A stretch of DNA of 64,000 nt, taken from positions 2,275,902 through 2,339,901 of the forward strand of contig CBDEVV010000017.1 of NCBI GenBank assembly GCA_965243655.1. Direction: 5' to 3'. Of the stretch, positions 63,759-64,000 are shown piece by piece. Numbering within the stretch: the stretch's first letter is position 1; every line of letters begins with the position of its first letter. The position numbers and the translations under genes were made by a program. Source of the DNA: Dehalococcoidia bacterium (lineage in GTDB: Bacteria; Chloroflexota; Dehalococcoidia; Lucifugimonadales; CAJWER01). The notes below the pieces were generated by a model that saw only the letters and a list, made by a program, of their open reading frames with translations, had not been told where the DNA came from and made no database searches.

Positions 63759-64000
63759 CGACGGCACGTCCCAGGCTCGAGGGTGCGGAGGCATCGATAG
63801 TCGGCGACAACGTGGGTCTGGTGCAGACTGTTTTGGGAGCCATCCACCCGGATGAGCTGGGCGTTACGCTGACACACGAGCACCTGCTGATCGACCTTGC
63901 GTTTCATCGAGAGCCGCCCAGCGAAGCCTTCCTGCGGGAGATCTACTACAAGCCGGTGACGCTGGAGACAGTCGGGTACCTGAAGCACTACGGGTACGCG
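63755..64000 (+). CDS. Phosphotriesterase-related (PTER/amidohydrolase) protein. N-terminal fragment only; it continues beyond the window.
   Basis: Not in the track because there is no stop. The ATG at 63755 overlaps the upstream stop (ATGA). Translation gives ...QTVLGAIHPDELGVTLTHEHLLIDL, and G.TL.HEHL is the family's metal-binding HxH motif. Confidence 0.7.
   Translation, partial: MTTARPRLEGAEASIVGDNVGLVQTVLGAIHPDELGVTLTHEHLLIDLAFHREPPSEAFLREIYYKPVTLETVGYLKHYGYA

Overview
GC-rich bacterial chromosomal segment, densely coding on both strands, with about 60 protein genes. I recognised no rRNA, tRNA, CRISPR array, transposase or integrase by eye. Many long ORFs in the track are antisense shadows of real genes, as expected at this GC content.

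Housekeeping genes:
- prs, secA, valS, queG and lepA
- rplU-rpmA-rpmE followed by a DUF1385 gene
- plsY, thiD, a threonine aldolase and a thiolase

Accessory and environment-facing genes:
- Opp/Dpp-type ABC components, including two orphan paralogous OppB-type permeases in inverted orientation around a CRTAC1/ASPIC-UnbV lipoprotein
- Two paralogous beta-propeller, glycosidase-like proteins
- An arylsulfatase, an NHL-repeat protein and a DUF1501 protein
- MFS and SSS transporters, and several oxidoreductases and hydrolases

Conserved but uncharacterised modules:
- The circularly permuted ATP-grasp / alpha-E / transglutaminase triad
- A FAAL-ACP-acyltransferase tri-domain fusion
- A cluster of two PLP enzymes, a DegT enzyme and a PhyH enzyme

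Toxin-antitoxin content:
- Two intact VapBC pairs
- One orphan HicB-like gene
- One decaying BrnT/BrnA pair. Its toxin carries an in-frame TAG and is invisible in the ORF track.

RNA and DNA elements:
- A clear TPP riboswitch with its own terminator, upstream of a ThiV-like symporter and thiD
- Two good intrinsic terminators
- A recurring extended -10 promoter architecture (TGnTATAnT)
- Three families of REP-like structured intergenic repeats. Compensatory changes preserve their hairpins.

The most unusual object is a 2.17-kb tandem duplication fused into one 1414-aa ORF. It encodes a four-TM protein carrying two blocks of 13-14 Asp-box propeller blades.

Taxonomy cannot be settled without a database search. 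The repeat families and paralog expansions are reminiscent of marine or sponge-associated Chloroflexota-like genomes, but that is only an impression.
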